From assembly GCF_009914755.1 (NCBI RefSeq), contig NC_060926.1: a stretch of 64,000 bases of DNA; one strand, written 5' to 3'. The position numbers and the translations under genes were made by a program. Under the pieces are notes generated by a model. It worked only from the letters and a program-made list of their open reading frames with translations. It searched no databases and was not told the origin of the DNA. This DNA is from the human T2T-CHM13v2.0 reference genome, Homo sapiens. How positions within the stretch are numbered: position 1 is the stretch's first letter; the number at the start of each line of letters is the position of its first letter. Below are positions 58,321 through 64,000 of this stretch, piece by piece.

Positions 58321-59979
58321 GCAGAAGTATAAAGATGTACAATTCTTTCGCATGAAGAAGATAAATTCCAAAGAGGTTAGAGGACTCAACCTTGCTTGGT
58401 CTATAAGTGTTGACTCTTACATTGCATTCAAGCTCCAATGCAGTTTTCATGATACTACAGTGTCTTGATAGCTTCACAGAATTGTCTGTGTTACTCTAGT
58501 ACATATTTCACCTTAGATTTATTTTTATTCAGCATCATTTACACATGTTTATTTAGCTTCATTTCACTGTGCACTCAAAGAGTGAAAAGACGAGGACCTG
58601 CATGTTTTTCCATTCTGTGTTTTTGTTAGTAGTATCATTATTACATTATTTTGTTTTGAGATAACTGTAGATTCACCTGTTCTTATAAGAAATAACACAG
58701 AGAGATCCCAGGTTCCTTATAAGCAAGTTACCAGTGATAACATCATGTATAATGTAGTATTAATGTCATAATTAGGATATCAATGTTGATGCAGTCTCAA
58801 CAGAATTGTCCCATAACCAAAAGAATCCTTCACGTAGCCCTATTATAGCCATGCCAACTTTCCTTCCTGACCCACACTCTCCTAAACTCCTGGCAACCAC
58901 TACTCTGTTTTCCATTCATACAATTTTGTAATTTTGAGAATGTTATATAAATGGAATCATACAAATATACATTTTGGTATTGGATTCTTCTTCCACTCAG
59001 CATAATTCCCTGTAGACTTATTCAAGTTGTTGAATTTATTAATAGTTTATTCATTTTGGTTTCTGAATATTATTTGATGGTATGCATGTATTGCAGTTTG
59101 TTTCAACATTCACTCTTTGAAGAACATCTGTGTTGTTTCAAGTTTTGGGTTATTATAAATAAAGCTGCTATGAGCATTTATGTTCAGATTTTTATCTAAA
59201 CAGAAAACTTAAGTTTTCAATTCTCTGAAAATGCCTGAGTGTAATTGTTATATCATGTGTTGATTACATAATTAGTTTTACAAGAAACTGCCAAACTGTT
59301 TTCCTGGGAGACTGTATCATTTTACATTGCCACCAACAACGTATGAGTGATGCAGTTTCTATATATATTCTTGCCAGTATTTGGTGTTGTCTCTATTTTT
59401 TATTTTAACCAACGTGATGTGAGTATATTGACATCTCAAGGTGGTTGCATTTTAAATTTCCCTAATGACCAATGACCAATCATGTTGTACAACTTTTCAT
59501 GTAGCTACATGCCAATGGTATAATCTTTTCAAAAAAATATTTGCTCATATCTTTTCATCATTTTCTAATAGAACTTGGTTTTCTAGTAAAATACTGAGTT
59601 GTGAGTTTTTTATATCTTCTAAAGTTTAATACTTTGTCAAATATGGGTATTGCATTTTTTTCTTGTCTGTACTTGTCTTTTCATTCTCTTGTCAAATTCT
59701 TTCACAGACCAAAGGTTTTAAAATTTGATGAGATTTATCAATTTTATTGTCTCTGCTTTTGCCGTTAATTCTAAGAAATATTTTTCTAGTAGTAGATTCT
59801 GAATACTTTCTCTCAATATCTGTAAAAGTGTTATAGTTTCCCGTTTTACATATAAGTCCATGATCTAACTTGAGTTATTTTTGTTTAAGATGTGAAGTTT
59901 AGATCAAGGCTGATTTCTTGAAAAGGTGATAGTTTGTCCACTGAATTATTTATGCACCTTTGTCAAAAAGAAGTTGTTC

Positions 59980-60100
59980 TAAATAATTAGTGGTGATGAC
60001 TGCATACTCTGAATATACTGAAAACACCTAATTATATACCTAAAAGGCTAAATTTTATGGTATGTAAGTTATTTATCAATAAAGCTGTTATAAAAAGTTC
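59980..60100 (+). mobile_element. Short L1MB-type 3' end inserted in the opposite orientation
   Basis: AGTGGTGATGACTGCA..CTGAATATACT...AATTTTATGGTATGT...TCAATAAAGCTGTT. Confidence 0.65.
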
Positions 60101-60459
60101 ATATAAAATCACGTGTGCAAATTGCTGTGAGTCTATTTCTGAGTTTTCTATTCCATTATATTGATCAATGTGTCTTTGCTTTTGCTAGTACTACTCTCCC
60201 TTGATGACTGTGGCTATATAGTAAGGCTTAATTTCAGCTAGAGTGATTTCTCTCATTTTATTTTCCTTTTCAAGATTGCCTAACCATTACAGGGCCTGTG
60301 TCTTTCATACAAACTGTAGAATAAGCTTGTTCATGTCTCCAAAGAAGCTTGCTGGTATTTTGATAGCAATTGCACTAAACCTGTAGATCAACTGGGGGAG
60401 AATTACCATATTTACTATGCTAAGTTTTCCTGTGTGTCAACACAATGTATCTCTCCATT

Positions 60460-62901
60460 TATTTATTTTTGTTTATTTATTTATGTATTTATTTGTAATT
60501 TTTTATTTCAATAGGTTTTGGGAATCAGGTGATACTTGATTACATGAGGAAGTTATTTAGTGGTGACTTGTTAGATTTTGAGCACCCATCTCCTGAGCAG
60601 TATGCACTGAACCTAATTTGTAGTCTTTTATCCCTCACCCCCCTCCCACCCTTTCCCACAATTCCCCAAAGTCCACCGTATCATTCTTAAGCTTTTGCAT
60701 CCTCATAGCTTAGCTCCCACTTATAAGTGAGAACATATGATATTTGGTTTTCCATTCCTGAATTACTTCACTTAGAATGGTAGTCTCCAGTTCCGTACAG
60801 GTTGCTGCGAATGCCATTAATTTGTTCCTTTTTTGGCTGAGTAGTATTCCAGTGATAACATCATGTATAATGTAGTATTCCAGTGATAACATATATATAT
60901 ATACACACACACATATATATATATGATGGATATATATATATATATCTCACTGTTTCTTTATACCTTCATTGATTGATGGGCATTTGGGCCGGTTGCATAC
61001 TTTTGCAATTGTGAATTGTGCTGCTATAAACATGCCTGTGCAAGTATCTTTTTCATATAAAGACATCTTTTCCTCTTGGAAGAGACCCAGTAGTGGGATT
61101 GCTGGATCAAGTGGTAGTTCTACTTTTAGTTTAGTTCTTTAAGGAATCTCCACACTGTTTTCCATAGTTGTACTAGTTGTACTAGTTTACATTCCCATAA
61201 GCAGTGTAGAAGTGTTCCCTTTTCACCATATCCATGCCAAAATCTATTATTATTTTTATTTTTTTATTATGGCCTTTCTTGCAGCAGTAAGGCATTGTGG
61301 TTTTGATTTGCATTTCCCTGATCATTAGTGATGTTAAGCATTTGTTGATGTTTGTTGGCCATTTGTATTTTTTTTTGAGAATTGTCTATTCATGGTATTA
61401 GCCCACTTTTTGATGAGATTGTTTGTTTATTTGTTTACTTGCTAATTTGTGTGAGTTCCTTGTAGATTCTGGATATTAATCCTTTGTCAGATGTGTAGAT
61501 TGTTAAGGTTTTCTCCCTCTCTGTGCCTTGTCTATTTGCTGACTGTTCCTTTTGCTGTGCAGAAGTGCAGTAGTTTAATTAAGTCTTATCTATTTATCTT
61601 TGTTTTTGTTGCATTTGCTTTTGGATTCTTGGTCATGAAGTTTTTGCCTAAGCCAATGTCTAGAAGCGTTCTTTCAGTGTTATCTTCTAGAATTGTTATA
61701 GTTTCAGGACTTAAATTTAAGTCCTTGATCCATCTTGAGTTGATTTTTGTATAAGGTGAGAGATGAGAATCCAGTTTCTTTCCCCTACATTACGTTTGGC
61801 TTGCCAATTATCCCAGCACCTTTTGTTGAATAGGGAGTCCTTTCCCCACTTTATGTTTTTGTTTGCTTTGTCAAAGCTCAATCGACTGTAAGTATTTAGG
61901 TTTATTTCTGGGTTTTGTATTCTGTTCCATTGGTCTATGTGCCTATTTTTATACCAGTACCATGCTGTTTTGGTGACTGTGGTCTTATATTATACTTTTA
62001 AGTCAGGTAATGTGATGCTCTCATATTTGTTTTTTGGTTAGTTTTTGTTTGTTTGTTTTTGCTTCAATCAGGCTCTTTTTTTTTGGTACCATATGAACTT
62101 TAGGATTGTTTTTTTCTAGTCTTGTGAAGAATGATGGTGGTATTTTGATGAGAATTGCATTGAGTTTGTAGGTTGCTTTTGGCAGTATCGTCATTTTCAC
62201 AATATTGATTCTACCCATTCTTGAGCATGGGATGTGTATCCATTTGTTTGTGTCATCTATGATTTCTTTCAGCAGTGTTTTGCAGTTTTTGTTGTAGAGT
62301 TCTTTCACCTCCTTGGTTAGGTATATCCCTAAGTATTTTATTTTCTATTCCAGCTATTGTAAAAAGAGTTGAGTTCTTGATTTGAGTCTCAGCTTGATCG
62401 ATGTTGGTGTATAGAAGAGCTACTGATTTGTGTTCATTAATTTGTACCCTGAAAGTTTGCTGAATTCATTTATCAGTTCCAGGAGCTTTTTGGAAGAGTC
62501 TTTAGTTTCTTCTAGGTATATGATCATGTTGTCAGCAAACAGCGACAGTTTGACTTCCTCTTTACCAATTTGGATGCCCTTTGTTTCTTTCTCCTGTCTG
62601 ATTGTCCTCACTAGGACTTCCAGGACTATGTTGAATAGAAGTGGTAAGAGTGGGCATCCTTGTCTTGTTCCAGTTCTCAGAGGGAATGCTTTCAACTTTT
62701 TCACATTCAGTTTTATGCTGGCTGTGGGTTTGTCATAAATGGCTTGGATTGCTTTGAGGTATGTTCCTAGTATGCCAAGTTTGCTGAACGTTTTAATCAT
62801 AAAGGGATGCTGGATTTTGCTAAATGCTTTTTCTGCGTCTATTGAGATGATTCTTATTTTTGTTTTTAAGTCTGTTTCTGTGGTGTATCACATGCATTGA
62901 T
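60460..62901 (-). mobile_element. 5'-truncated L1PB1-type element (~2.4 kb) with ORF2 RT remnants
   Basis: TTTTATTTCAATAGGTTTTGGG..., CCTCATAGCTTAGCTCCCAC 3'UTR; ORFs 62420..62800 ([24 protein letters not shown]) and 62021..62308 are L1 ORF2 fragments. Confidence 0.9.
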
Positions 62902-64000
62902 CTTTTTTGATTTATTTATTCAGTATTTCATGATATTCAGTATACAGTTTATGAATATGTCTTTTTAGTTGGTATATCTCCATATTTCATTCACTTTAGA
63001 GCAATTGTAAATGGTACTGTGCTTTAATTTTGTTTTACATACTTCATTGCTAGTCTGTAGAAATGTGATTGACTGATCCTCCCTGCTGGTGCTGCCAGTC
63101 TCACCTATTGTTTTCACTTGGACTCTTTGACTTAGGAGAGAAATGAGCTCAGCTGATCCACCATCTGTTACTAGGTTGGGAATTGGAAAACACCGGACTT
63201 GGATCACCGTCTTCAATTGGGTGAGTCATAAGGTGGCCTTTCACTATGTTACTTTTCTAGTCCTGGGGTGGCAGACAAGTTTGTTTTCCTCTTCTGCCTT
63301 TTAGAGTTCTCCCTTGGTTGCCTCTTGCTTTATTTATAGTGTTCATTATTGTGTTTAGCTGGGAGGAACAAGGAGAGATGAATCTTCTCTGCCTTGTATA
63401 GATCAGACTAGAATTCATCCTGGGCTTTCTTTATAAAGATTGCTATTTATTCCCTACTGAGTATGATGTCTATATAGAATATAGGGGATGTCAATAAAGA
63501 GTACATTGTTTATGAGAAAGAATAATGGAATTCATATTCTTTCTCAATTCATGTCAAATATTGAGGTATTTGTGGTATGTTTTGTATTTTCTTCTAAAGT
63601 CTACCTAGGACTTTATATTTCTGTCCTGTATTAATTTAGTCTCCTATGCTGATGAAGAAATTAATCCATAGATGTAATGAAAAGCTGCTACCACTGAGCA
63701 GCATCAATACATGTCTGTTTTTCTTTGATGCCTCAATGCCGTTTTGAGAAATATGTTGACTGGAGAATAATCTTCAACCTCCACCTCTGCTTAGCAATTA
63801 TATTCCCCAGGAAAATTTGGAAATAAAGCCATCTGAGACTAGAAAAGTCAATGTGCTCAGTAGCAAGACTCTTCTCCTGCTGCTGGGCCATGTATCTCTT
63901 CTTTCTTTCCTGCCTCTGAGGTGTCAGTCTCTGTACTGGGGGTTGACTGCTTCACTTGCTTTCCTTGTCACTAGGCTCTATTATTTTTGGTACATTTTCC

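Larger units (their letters stand above)
58645..63410 (-). mobile_element. L1MC-type element (3'UTR and ORF2 end; possible 5' terminus at ~63080-63410), interrupted by two insertions
   Basis: TTTGAGATAACTGTAGATTCAC..AGAAATAACACAGAGAGATCC 3' end; ORF2 resumes after 62910; TTTAGCTGGGAGGAACAAGG 5'-end-like motif. Confidence 0.7.

Noticed and set aside
62021-62800. Reverse-transcriptase-like ORFs as a novel RT system
   Set aside because: Broken ORF2 pieces of a 5'-truncated L1PB; the catalytic motif reads FADN rather than FADD

Overview
This is primate (human-like) non-coding genomic DNA: AT-rich, CpG-depleted and dominated by transposable-element relics. I find no protein-coding exon, tRNA, rRNA or CRISPR array. 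The recognisable ORFs lie in LTRs, Alus, L1 ORF2, an ERVL pol relic or a mariner transposase pseudogene. Main elements: a solo LTR12C (1-1629, +) and a second LTR12-family solo LTR facing it (56078-57561, -); a near full-length Hsmar1 mariner (26632-27885); a three-level nest at 52949-57716 (MLT2 containing a full-length THE1 provirus plus a Tigger2a that itself contains the LTR12); a young 5'-truncated L1PA2; eight Alus; many old L1/L2/MIR/MaLR fragments; and several simple repeats. I see no evidence for a new biological system. The most unusual sequence-level observations are a perfect 31-bp templated insertion copied from 2.1 kb away into an L1PB element, and a degenerate ~25-bp minisatellite that I cannot assign to a known family. 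Subfamily names come from recalled consensus sequences, not a database search, and boundaries of old elements are approximate.
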